A stretch of 32,000 bases of DNA, from the NCBI GenBank assembly GCA_018647405.1, contig JABGTD010000061.1, positions 26,570-58,569 of the forward strand. Reading direction: 5' to 3'. Position 1 is the stretch's first letter. Each line of letters starts with the position of its first letter. The DNA is from Nitrososphaerota archaeon. Lineage in GTDB: Archaea; Thermoproteota; Nitrososphaeria; Nitrososphaerales; Nitrosopumilaceae. Both the position numbers and the translations under genes were made by a program. Of this stretch, positions 17,907 to 25,981 are shown in pieces. Under the pieces are notes generated by a model that had not been told where the DNA came from, did not search any database, and saw nothing but the letters and a program-made list of their open reading frames with translations.

Positions 17907-18970
17907 ATAAAAAATTTGAAAAGAGATTAAATGAATTAGAAAAACTTTCTGGATATCAAAAACCAGCTAAAGTTGATGATGTATTGAAACTAGATTCAAA
18001 TGAAAATCTTGCAATCAAAAAAGAATTTCAAACAGAACTAATTCGTGAAGCTCAAAAACGAACTGACATTCGAACATATCCACTTGGTGGAGTTGAGAAT
18101 TTCATTAATTCACTTGCAAAATATCTCAAAGTACCAAAAAATATGATTTCAGTTGGCAACGGTTCTGATCAAATTCTTGATTTAATCTTAGCAAACCTCT
18201 GTACAAATTCAACTAAAGTTCTAACATCTGATCCTACATTTGGATTTTTTGAAGAAAGATGCAAACTTTATTCAATAAAACAAGTTAAAATTTCATTTTC
18301 AAAAAATATGGATTTACGTATTGAAGATTTCATCAAAAAAGCAAAATCTGTAGACATGATTTATCTTGATTCACCAAATAATCCAACCGGTTTCCAATTT
18401 TCTAATAAAGACTTGGAAAAGTTGATCAAATCTTTCTCAGGACCTATCATAATTGATGAGGCATATGGTGAATTCTCAAATTCATCTGTTCTTAGCTTGG
18501 TAAAAAAACACCCTAACATAATTTTAGTAAAAACACTATCCAAGGCTTTTGGATTGGCTGGATTACGTATTGGATATATGATTGCAGACAAAAAATTAAC
18601 TGAAGTTTTTTCAAATGTCATACAATATCCATATCCACTAAATACACTCGCTATTGAATGTGGGATTTTAGCAATAGAAAAATCAAAACAAATTATTTCA
18701 ATTTTTGAAGTTATCAAAAAACAAAGGTCAAGAATCATACAAAATCTAAAAAAATATGATGCTTTTGATGTCTTTGATTCTAATGCAAATTTTGTATTAT
18801 TTGATGCTAAAGGTGCTGATACTCGAGTGTATAATGCACTAATCGAACAAGGAATTTCTATTAGAAAACTTGGAAAATTGGCATCACACAAGGGATGTCT
18901 GCGTGTAACAATTGGAACTCCTGATATGAACTCTAAATTTTTACTAGCAATACGTGATCTTTTAGAATGA
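17903..18970 (+). CDS. hisC: histidinol-phosphate aminotransferase
   Basis: LDSNEN, YLDSPNNPTG, IIDEAYGEF and TLSKAFGLAGLRIGY (PLP lysine). ATGA overlap with hisD. Confidence 0.9.
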   Translation: MNKKFEKRLNELEKLSGYQKPAKVDDVLKLDSNENLAIKKEFQTELIREAQKRTDIRTYPLGGVENFINSLAKYLKVPKNMISVGNGSDQILDLILANLCTNSTKVLTSDPTFGFFEERCKLYSIKQVKISFSKNMDLRIEDFIKKAKSVDMIYLDSPNNPTGFQFSNKDLEKLIKSFSGPIIIDEAYGEFSNSSVLSLVKKHPNIILVKTLSKAFGLAGLRIGYMIADKKLTEVFSNVIQYPYPLNTLAIECGILAIEKSKQIISIFEVIKKQRSRIIQNLKKYDAFDVFDSNANFVLFDAKGADTRVYNALIEQGISIRKLGKLASHKGCLRVTIGTPDMNSKFLLAIRDLLE

Positions 18971-19929
18971 CTAAAGAAATTTACATTTCTGATGATATGA
19001 TTCAGAAAATACAAAAATTCGATTCAATAATTTTTGATTGCGATGGTGTTCTAGTAGATATTAGAAATTCATATGATTATGCTATTAACAAAACAATTTC
19101 TGCAATAATGAATGAACTATTTGATGATAAAATTTCTGATGTTGTAAATTCAAAAATATTATACGGTTTAAAGGCTTCTGGAGGTTTTAATGATGAAGTT
19201 GCAGTTGTCTATGCTGTTGTTATGACATTAGTTGCATCTAAAAAATCAAATTTGAAATTCAAAAAATTAATTATTGATGTAATTAATAATGCTAATGAAT
19301 CTGGAATAAATTCCATTGATAATTATTTTATTAATCAAAATATAGATTTGAAAGAAATTAAATTAAAATTAGATTATGAGAATTCTCGAAAAATAAGTTA
19401 CATACACAGAATTTTTAATCAATTATTTTATGGACCTAAACTCTATGAAGAAATCTTTAAAGAAAAATCTCAGTTTTCTGAAAAACCATTGATTGATTTA
19501 GATAATATTGTTTTAGATGATAATCTTATGTCTAAATTAAAAACTAGATTTGGAAATAAAATTTCTACTGTTACTGGCAGAGGAAATTTTGCATTTTCAT
19601 ACTCAATGAAAAATTATCTAGATAATTTTGATATGAAAAATTCTGTATTTCTAGAGGATCGTTCATTGGAACTAGCAAAACCTAATCCTGAATCTCTGAT
19701 AGAATCAATCTCTGGAATTAATTCTAAATGTTCATTATACATTGGTGATTCAATGGAGGATCTCATGATGGTTGAGAAATGCAAAGAACATGGTTATGAT
19801 GTATCATTTTGTGGGATTTATGGTTCTAGTGATGAACCAGAATTAAAATATGAATTATTTCAAAAAAATAAAGCATCATTTATTCTTGAATCAATACGGG
19901 AACTTCCGAAGGCATTAAATCTGGTATAA
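18967..19929 (+). CDS. HAD-superfamily phosphatase with large cap insertion; candidate histidinol-phosphate phosphatase
   Basis: HAD motif I FDCDGVLVD, motif II STVTGR, motif III AKPNP, motif IV GDSMEDL. About 170 aa lie between motifs I and II. ATGA overlap with hisC, and hisB follows after 21 nt. Confidence 0.8.
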   Translation: MTKEIYISDDMIQKIQKFDSIIFDCDGVLVDIRNSYDYAINKTISAIMNELFDDKISDVVNSKILYGLKASGGFNDEVAVVYAVVMTLVASKKSNLKFKKLIIDVINNANESGINSIDNYFINQNIDLKEIKLKLDYENSRKISYIHRIFNQLFYGPKLYEEIFKEKSQFSEKPLIDLDNIVLDDNLMSKLKTRFGNKISTVTGRGNFAFSYSMKNYLDNFDMKNSVFLEDRSLELAKPNPESLIESISGINSKCSLYIGDSMEDLMMVEKCKEHGYDVSFCGIYGSSDEPELKYELFQKNKASFILESIRELPKALNLV

Positions 19930-19950
19930 TGCAAATCAAACAAGTATATC

Positions 19951-20538
19951 ATGAAACCTAGAAAAACAACTATCAAGCGGGAAACAAAGGAAACTAACGT
20001 TTCAGTTACCATTAATTTGGATGGAACTGGCAAAACCACAATCAATACAGGAATTAAATTTCTAGATCACTTGATTGGTTCTTTTGGAAAACATTCTATG
20101 ATGGATTTGATTGTTAAAGCAAAATCAAAAGATGGAATTGAACATCACTTGATTGAAGATACAGGAATAACAATTGGAAGTGCAATTGATAAAGCATTAG
20201 GAAATAGAAGTGGAATTACAAGATTCAGTTTTTCATCTGTACCTATGGATGAAGCTCTAGCTGAAACATCACTTGATCTAGTCAAAAGACAGTATCAAAA
20301 AATAACTCTCTTAACCAAAAGAACAAAGATTGAGGGTATCTCGAAAGAAGATTTAGAACACTTTTTCTTCTCTTTGGCACAAAATCTGAATTGTTGTATT
20401 CACGTTACTGTAAAGTATGGTGATAATGATCACCACAAAGTTGAAGCTGCTATAAAATCGATGGCTGTAGCAATACGTAATGCAGTATCTAATGATCCTA
20501 AACAAAAAGGCATACCAAGTACTAAAGGCGCAATGTAA
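19951..20538 (+). CDS. hisB: imidazoleglycerol-phosphate dehydratase (monofunctional)
   Basis: [46 protein letters not shown]. 195 aa, with no N-terminal phosphatase domain. Confidence 0.93.
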   Translation: MKPRKTTIKRETKETNVSVTINLDGTGKTTINTGIKFLDHLIGSFGKHSMMDLIVKAKSKDGIEHHLIEDTGITIGSAIDKALGNRSGITRFSFSSVPMDEALAETSLDLVKRQYQKITLLTKRTKIEGISKEDLEHFFFSLAQNLNCCIHVTVKYGDNDHHKVEAAIKSMAVAIRNAVSNDPKQKGIPSTKGAM

Positions 20539-21146
20539 TGGTAGATGTAGCAATATTTGATTACGGAGCAGGAAATATCTTTAGTCTAAAGACTGCACTT
20601 GAAAAAAATGATGCTAATGTTGATATCATTACTAGTTTTGATCAATCAAAGAAGTATGATGGTTTATTATTACCTGGTGTAGGAAATTTTGATCCAGCAA
20701 TTAGAAGCATTAGAGATTATTCTGCATTAGGATTTCATGATTTTGTAAAAGAAAAAATTCCGGTTCTTGGAATATGTTTGGGTATGGAAATGTTTTTCCA
20801 ACAAAGTCAAGAGGGTAAAGAAAAAGGTCTTGATGTAATGAATGGTGAAGTTGTATTACTTCCAAATGATATGAAAATTCCACATATGGGATGGAATAGT
20901 TTAGAGATTACAAAAGATAGTAAAATTTTGGAAGGTGTAGAAAATGATTCATGGGTATATTTTGTTCATTCGTATAGAGCTAAACCTGATAATGAAGATA
21001 TTATTGTGGCTAGTGCAGATTATGGAATTAAAGTTCCTGCTGTTGTTGAAGATAAATTATTCTTTGGAACTCAGTTTCATCCTGAAAAATCAGGTAAAGT
21101 TGGATCATTAATGATCAAAAATTTCCTTAGAGTGTGTAGTAAATGA
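20538..21146 (+). CDS. hisH: imidazole glycerol phosphate synthase, glutaminase subunit
   Basis: IFDYGAGNIFS, LPGVGNF, GICLGMEMF, PHMGWN, YFVHSY, GTQFHPEKS. Confidence 0.93.
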   Translation: MVDVAIFDYGAGNIFSLKTALEKNDANVDIITSFDQSKKYDGLLLPGVGNFDPAIRSIRDYSALGFHDFVKEKIPVLGICLGMEMFFQQSQEGKEKGLDVMNGEVVLLPNDMKIPHMGWNSLEITKDSKILEGVENDSWVYFVHSYRAKPDNEDIIVASADYGIKVPAVVEDKLFFGTQFHPEKSGKVGSLMIKNFLRVCSK

Positions 21147-21871
21147 AAATCATTCCTTCAATTGATCTGATGGATGGTAAAGTTGTACGTTTGTACAAAG
21201 GTGATCCTAACAATAAAACAATTTACAGTGATAATCCTGTAGAGATTGCAAAAAAATGGGAATTGCTTGGAGGTGATATTTTACATATTGTTGATTTAGA
21301 TGCAACTCTTGGTAGCGGCGGAAATTTTAAAACAATTAAAGAAATATCTGAAAATACATCAATTCCTTTACAAGTTGCTGGTGGACTTAGGACTGAAGAA
21401 AAAATCTCTGAAGTTTTAGATTTTGCATCTCGTGCAGTAATTGGAACTATTGCAATGCAACTTAAAGAAAGTGAACAAGATAACATTTTAGGTGATTTTA
21501 TTCAAACATTTGGATCTGAACGAATTGTAATCTCTATTGATCATGTTGATGGAAAAATTGTCACTCATGGGTGGCAAAAAAGTACTGATATTGATCTGTA
21601 CGATGCAACCAATGAATTTGTGAAGTATGGTTTCACCGAATTTTTAACTACGAATGTTTCAAAGGATGGAACATTAGAAGGCCCTGATCTTGAATCACTA
21701 AAAAAAATATGTCAAATAGAAAATTGTAATGCAATTGCTAGTGGTGGAATATCTAAAATGCAAGATATACGAGATGTAAATGAAATAAATCCATTTGGAG
21801 TAATTTTAGGAAAGGCACTTTATGAAGGGCTAGTTTCAATAGAGGAGGCAAAGAAAATTGGTTCTAACTAA
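21143..21871 (+). CDS. hisA: ProFAR isomerase (1-(5-phosphoribosyl)-5-[(5-phosphoribosylamino)methylideneamino]imidazole-4-carboxamide isomerase)
   Basis: KIIPSIDLMDGKVVRLYKGD, HIVDLDA, QVAGGLR, ASGGIS, ILGKALYEG. Confidence 0.9.
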   Translation: MKIIPSIDLMDGKVVRLYKGDPNNKTIYSDNPVEIAKKWELLGGDILHIVDLDATLGSGGNFKTIKEISENTSIPLQVAGGLRTEEKISEVLDFASRAVIGTIAMQLKESEQDNILGDFIQTFGSERIVISIDHVDGKIVTHGWQKSTDIDLYDATNEFVKYGFTEFLTTNVSKDGTLEGPDLESLKKICQIENCNAIASGGISKMQDIRDVNEINPFGVILGKALYEGLVSIEEAKKIGSN

Positions 21872-22661
21872 AAGAATTATTCCATGTTTGGATGTTGCAA
21901 ACGGACGTGTTGTTAAAGGATTGAATTTTGAATCAATAAAAGATGCAGGCGATCCTGTACAATTAGCTGAAAAATATTCAAATGAAGGTGCAGACGAATT
22001 AGTTTTTTTGGATATTACTGCTTCATCTGAACAACGTGAGACAATAAAATCACTTGTTAAAAAAATTGCAGAAGTAATTGATATTCCATTTACGGTCGGT
22101 GGTGGTGTTAAATCATTACAACATGCAAGAGATATCTTACTTAATGGTGCTGATAAGGTTGCAATTAATACTGGTGCTGTAAAAAACCCTGAAGTCATTA
22201 CTGAATTAATGGAATTATTTGGTAAACAATGTGTAGTAGTTGCAATTGATTCAAGGAGAAATTATAATATTGAAAAAGGAAAAAATATCTTTTCAGAAAA
22301 TGGAAAACAATTTTGGTTTGAGGTATTCATTTATGGTGGAAAAAAAGGTACAGGATTAGATGTTATTGATTGGTCTAAAAAAATTGAAGAATTAGGTGCA
22401 GGTGAAATTTTACTTACGAGTATTGATCGAGATGGCACAAAAGATGGTTATGACATTCTATTAACAAATGAAATTGTTCATGCAGTAGGAATTCCTGTTA
22501 TTGCATCAGGTGGTTGTGGAAAGCCAGAAGATATGATTGATGTTTTTAAAAACACTGAGGTTAATGCTGCATTAGCTGCATCAATTTTTCACTATGAAAC
22601 ACATTCTGTAAATCGTGTTAAGGAATTAATACGAGAAAATAATATTCCTGTACGCTACTAA
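21858..22661 (+). CDS. hisF: imidazole glycerol phosphate synthase, cyclase subunit; apparent TTG start, 14-nt overlap with hisA
   Basis: KRIIPCLDV, GRVVKG, ELVFLDITAS, TVGGGV, DKVAINTGA, LTSIDRDGT, IASGG. Confidence 0.93.
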   Translation: MVLTKRIIPCLDVANGRVVKGLNFESIKDAGDPVQLAEKYSNEGADELVFLDITASSEQRETIKSLVKKIAEVIDIPFTVGGGVKSLQHARDILLNGADKVAINTGAVKNPEVITELMELFGKQCVVVAIDSRRNYNIEKGKNIFSENGKQFWFEVFIYGGKKGTGLDVIDWSKKIEELGAGEILLTSIDRDGTKDGYDILLTNEIVHAVGIPVIASGGCGKPEDMIDVFKNTEVNAALAASIFHYETHSVNRVKELIRENNIPVRY

Positions 22662-22663
22662 AT

Positions 22664-23206
22664 TTATGGAGCTGTTATATCAATCTCATATGCTACATTA
22701 CATGTTTCATATTGCCATTCATGATTTGGTAATGTATCTGCAAGCATTTCAAAATGTAATTTTGACATTTCATAACCTTTGAACACAACTGTCCATTCAC
22801 CTACTAGATCTTCTTTTTCACATAGATTTTTTCCTTTTAATAATTGTGGTTTAAAATATTTTTTTTGAGACTCTCTTTCATTTCCATTAAATCCCCACTC
22901 GTTATAAATTATATTTCCAGGCGTTATGAATAAAATTGACCCTTGATCACCTGGTCTCAAATTTTTTAAAATTACATAGACATTTTCTCCTAGCAGATAC
23001 TTGTCTTTGTTAATTTGTAATGGGCCCAAAATTTGAGGATTATCAGGATATACAACTCCTGCTACACGTCCACCTTTTTCATAATATTCTTCAACAGAAA
23101 CTTGTTCCCACATAGTTTCATTAATTTGAAAAATTATGACTCCAATAATTACTGCAATACCTATCCCTGTTGCAATTCCGACATTTTTATTCATGAGTTT
23201 CACCAA
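22664..23206 (-). CDS. hypothetical protein with N-terminal membrane anchor
   Basis: N-terminus MNKNVGIATGIGIAVIIGVIIF, then a soluble ~150-aa domain. No family recognised. Confidence 0.5.
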   Translation of the reverse strand: MVKLMNKNVGIATGIGIAVIIGVIIFQINETMWEQVSVEEYYEKGGRVAGVVYPDNPQILGPLQINKDKYLLGENVYVILKNLRPGDQGSILFITPGNIIYNEWGFNGNERESQKKYFKPQLLKGKNLCEKEDLVGEWTVVFKGYEMSKLHFEMLADTLPNHEWQYETCNVAYEIDITAP

Positions 23207-23382
23207 TTTTTTAATTCTATAAAACTTTCTTATCAGAAATCTCTGTTAATTTTTCCAATTTTTGAACAAATTTCATTTTATTTTCATTCAAAATACATTT
23301 TTTTCTTTATTTTAGTTTAAATCAAAAATTTATTATTAATTATCATTCTAATTCTAGACAATAAAATTAAGTAATACTTAAT

Positions 23383-23392
23383 CTAATATTAG
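23383..23392. promoter_or_regulatory. perfect 10-bp palindrome CTAATATTAG just upstream of the putative TATA box of the thrC-like gene
   Basis: Self-complementary by inspection. It lies in the 221-bp AT-rich intergenic region. Confidence 0.3.
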
Positions 23393-23415
23393 GATATTTT
23401 ATGAATCAATTCTAA

Positions 23416-23425
23416 TCTGATCAGA
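23416..23425. promoter_or_regulatory. perfect 10-bp palindrome TCTGATCAGA between the putative TATA box (TATTTTAT, 23395-23402) and the ATG at 23428
   Basis: Self-complementary by inspection. It overlaps the predicted transcription start, the usual position of an archaeal repressor operator. Confidence 0.3.
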
Positions 23426-23427
23426 AT

Positions 23428-24642
23428 ATGGGTAAAAATCATCTTGAATGTAGAGAATGTAAGAAAGAGTATGAGCCTACTTTCAAGTATATTTGTGATG
23501 AGTGTTTTGGCCCATTAGATGTGAAATATGATTTTCCATCTGTGAATAAAAATACGTTCAAAGATAGAGAACAAACATACTGGCGTTATTTTGAATTATT
23601 GCCAATATCTGATAAAAACAATATTGTTAGTATTGAAGCTGGAATGACTCCGCTTGTAAAAGCAGAAAAACTTGGAAAAGAATTAGGACTAAACAATCTT
23701 TACATAAAAAATGATTCTGTAAATCCAACATTTTCATTTAAAGACAGACCAGCAGGTGTTGCGATATCAAAAGCAAAAGAATTTGGTTTAGAATCTGTTG
23801 GATGTGCTTCTACTGGTAATCTGGCATCTGCAACTGCCGCACATGCTGCCAAAGCAAACATGCCATGTTATATTTTTGCACCAAGTAACATTGAAACTGC
23901 AAAAATCGCTCAAGCATTATCATATGGTGCTGAATACATTTCTGTTGATGGTACATACGATGAAGCAAATAGAATTGCAGCACAAATTGGTGATAGAAAG
24001 GGAGTCGGTGTAGTAAATATCAATATGCGCTCATACTATGTCGAAGGTTCTAAAACTTTAGCTTATGAAGTTGCAGAACAATTGGATTGGAATGTTCCAA
24101 ATCATCTAATAGTCCCTACTGGAAGTGGTGCTATGTTAAATGCAATTTGTAAAGGATTTGAAGAATTACAAAGTGTTTCATTACTTGACGATCTTTCATC
24201 AATGCACATGCATTGTGCACAACCACATGGATGTGCCCCAATAGTTGATGCATTTGATAAAAATTCTGATAAGGTAATTCCAGTAGAACAACCAGATACG
24301 GTTGCAAAAAGTTTAGCAATTGGTGATCCTGGTGATGGTCGTTATGTTTTAAAAAGATTGAAACAATACAATGGAATTGCAAAAGAAACAAATGATAAAG
24401 AAATTTTAGATGCAATTTTACTTTTAGCAAAAACAGAAGGAATATTCACGGAACCTGCTGGTGGTGTATCTATTTCTGTTTTGAAAAAAATGGTTGAAGA
24501 AGGAAAAATTGACAAAGATGAAACTACTGTTTGTTATGTGACCGGTAATGGTTTGAAAGCTACTGAATCAATTATGACTGTATTGAAAAAACCACAGGTA
24601 ATGCAAGCTGATGTTGCAAAAATCTCAGCAGTAATAGGATGA
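23428..24642 (+). CDS. thrC: threonine synthase family PLP enzyme (ThrC or ThrC-like) with N-terminal four-Cys zinc ribbon
   Basis: CRECKKEY...CDECFG ribbon (about 23449-23505), PLP-lysine motif PTFSFKDRPA, ASTGNLA, and VPTGSGAMLNA glycine loop. 404 aa. Confidence 0.85.
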   Translation: MGKNHLECRECKKEYEPTFKYICDECFGPLDVKYDFPSVNKNTFKDREQTYWRYFELLPISDKNNIVSIEAGMTPLVKAEKLGKELGLNNLYIKNDSVNPTFSFKDRPAGVAISKAKEFGLESVGCASTGNLASATAAHAAKANMPCYIFAPSNIETAKIAQALSYGAEYISVDGTYDEANRIAAQIGDRKGVGVVNINMRSYYVEGSKTLAYEVAEQLDWNVPNHLIVPTGSGAMLNAICKGFEELQSVSLLDDLSSMHMHCAQPHGCAPIVDAFDKNSDKVIPVEQPDTVAKSLAIGDPGDGRYVLKRLKQYNGIAKETNDKEILDAILLLAKTEGIFTEPAGGVSISVLKKMVEEGKIDKDETTVCYVTGNGLKATESIMTVLKKPQVMQADVAKISAVIG

Positions 24643-24649
24643 TTGTATA

Positions 24650-25981
24650 ATGACCAAAATTACCTTTACAATTCCATCTGTTCTAAATGCAGGTGGTGGT
24701 GAAAAGAAAACTGAACTTGAAGCATCAACTCTTAAGGAATCTTTTGCAAAAATCTCCGAAATTATGGGTGATGACTTTAAGAGAAAAGTTTTGGAAGCCG
24801 ATGGTTCTCCACGTTCTCTAATCAATATTTACATCAATGGAAAAAATGCTGCATTTGATAGTGGTCTTGATACTCCATTAAATGAAAATGATGATGTTTA
24901 CATTTTACCTGCAGTAGCAGGTGGTTCAGATTTATCTGAAAAAGAATTAGATAGATTTTCACGTCAAGTCATGTTAGAACAAATTGGATATGATGGACAA
25001 TTAAAATTAAAAAATTCTAAAGTTTGTGTTGTTGGTGTTGGTGGTTTAGGAAATCCAATTACAACTAGACTAGCTACAATGGGTATTGGTAAATTAAGAA
25101 TTGTTGATAGAGATGTAATTGAATTATCAAACTTGCATAGACAAACAATGTTTGATGAAAATGATGTTGGTCAAGTTAAAGTTGAGGTTGCACAAAAGAA
25201 ATTAAAAAAATTAAATCCTGAAGTAGAAATAGAAGCATTACCAATTTCTATTAATGATTATAATGCTGCAGATGTTATTGATGGATGTGATGTTGTAATT
25301 GATGCACTTGATAGTGTCAATGCACGTTATGCATTAAACAAAGCATGTGTAGAAAAAAACATTCCATTTGTAACTGGTGCTGCAGTTGGTGTTACAGGAC
25401 AAGTTTTTACAGTTTTACCAAAAGAAACTGCATGTTATTATTGCATGTTTCCTGCATTAGATGAAGATGCAATGCCAACATGTAGTATACAAGGTGTACA
25501 CCCTCCAATACTTTCTATTGTTGGTGGACTAGAGGTGTATGAAGCTGTTAATGTTTTAATTGGCAAAAAACCAAAGTCTTCAGAAAAATTCATATCCATT
25601 GATTTAGAGAACTTGGAATTTTCATCTGTTAAAACTTTCAAACAAGATGCTTGTTCTGTTTGTGGTTCTGGCAAAAAAATTGAAACTCCAAAACAAGAAT
25701 TAATTTTAGAAGAGTTATGTGGCAGAAACATGGGAAAACGTACATTTTCAATTACTCCTACATACGAAGTAAATTTGAATGTGAAAGACGTAACTACTGT
25801 GGCTAAAGAAAAAGGATTCACAGTTGAGAATCAGGGGGACTTAGGATTATCTATGCGAACAAATGATCTTTCAGTGAATTTCATGAAGAAAGGTTCTGCA
25901 GTAGTTGTTGGTCCAGATAATGAAGAAGCAGCAATTACTCTTTACAAGAGTCTTTTAGGCACGAAATCAGTTAGTGCATAG
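24650..25981 (+). CDS. fusion protein: MoaD/ThiS-type ubiquitin-like beta-grasp domain (aa 1-92, ends AVAGG), E1-like MoeB/ThiF/UbaA adenylyltransferase (aa ~100-340), unassigned C-terminal ~100-aa domain
   Basis: The Ubl C-terminus NENDDVYILPAVAGG matches the MoaD DGDEV..PPVSGG pattern. E1 motifs are FSRQ, VVGVGGLGNP, IVDRDVIELSNLHRQ, Zn tetrad CYYC (C262/C265) plus CSVC (C335/C338), and candidate catalytic Cys in PTCSIQGV. The start is 7 nt after the thrC-like stop. Confidence 0.8.
   Translation: MTKITFTIPSVLNAGGGEKKTELEASTLKESFAKISEIMGDDFKRKVLEADGSPRSLINIYINGKNAAFDSGLDTPLNENDDVYILPAVAGGSDLSEKELDRFSRQVMLEQIGYDGQLKLKNSKVCVVGVGGLGNPITTRLATMGIGKLRIVDRDVIELSNLHRQTMFDENDVGQVKVEVAQKKLKKLNPEVEIEALPISINDYNAADVIDGCDVVIDALDSVNARYALNKACVEKNIPFVTGAAVGVTGQVFTVLPKETACYYCMFPALDEDAMPTCSIQGVHPPILSIVGGLEVYEAVNVLIGKKPKSSEKFISIDLENLEFSSVKTFKQDACSVCGSGKKIETPKQELILEELCGRNMGKRTFSITPTYEVNLNVKDVTTVAKEKGFTVENQGDLGLSMRTNDLSVNFMKKGSAVVVGPDNEEAAITLYKSLLGTKSVSA

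Noticed and set aside
18361-19014. A 217-aa ORF antisense to hisC, plus other antisense or nested ORFs: 72-374, 2539-2811, 4818-5261, 5158-5600, 6346-6785, 13695-14048, 16176-16556, 17168-17431, 21836-22198, 25438-25821.
   Set aside because: Each overlaps a gene with unambiguous family motifs on the other strand. None has recognisable motifs, a plausible promoter or an independent start context.
23033-23320. A 95-aa plus-strand ORF spanning the 5-prime end of the 22664-23206 gene (antisense) and the AT-rich intergenic region.
   Set aside because: Phe/Ile/Asn/Tyr-rich translation typical of random AT-rich sequence. It overlaps the N-terminal membrane anchor of the opposite-strand gene, and there is no start context.
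25700-25730. The CGRNMGKR stretch in the E1 C-terminal extension as a rhodanese or CX5R active-site loop.
   Set aside because: The spacing does not fit CX5R (position 6 is Lys). The Cys also lies at the very start of the extra domain rather than about two thirds of the way through a ~100-aa rhodanese fold.
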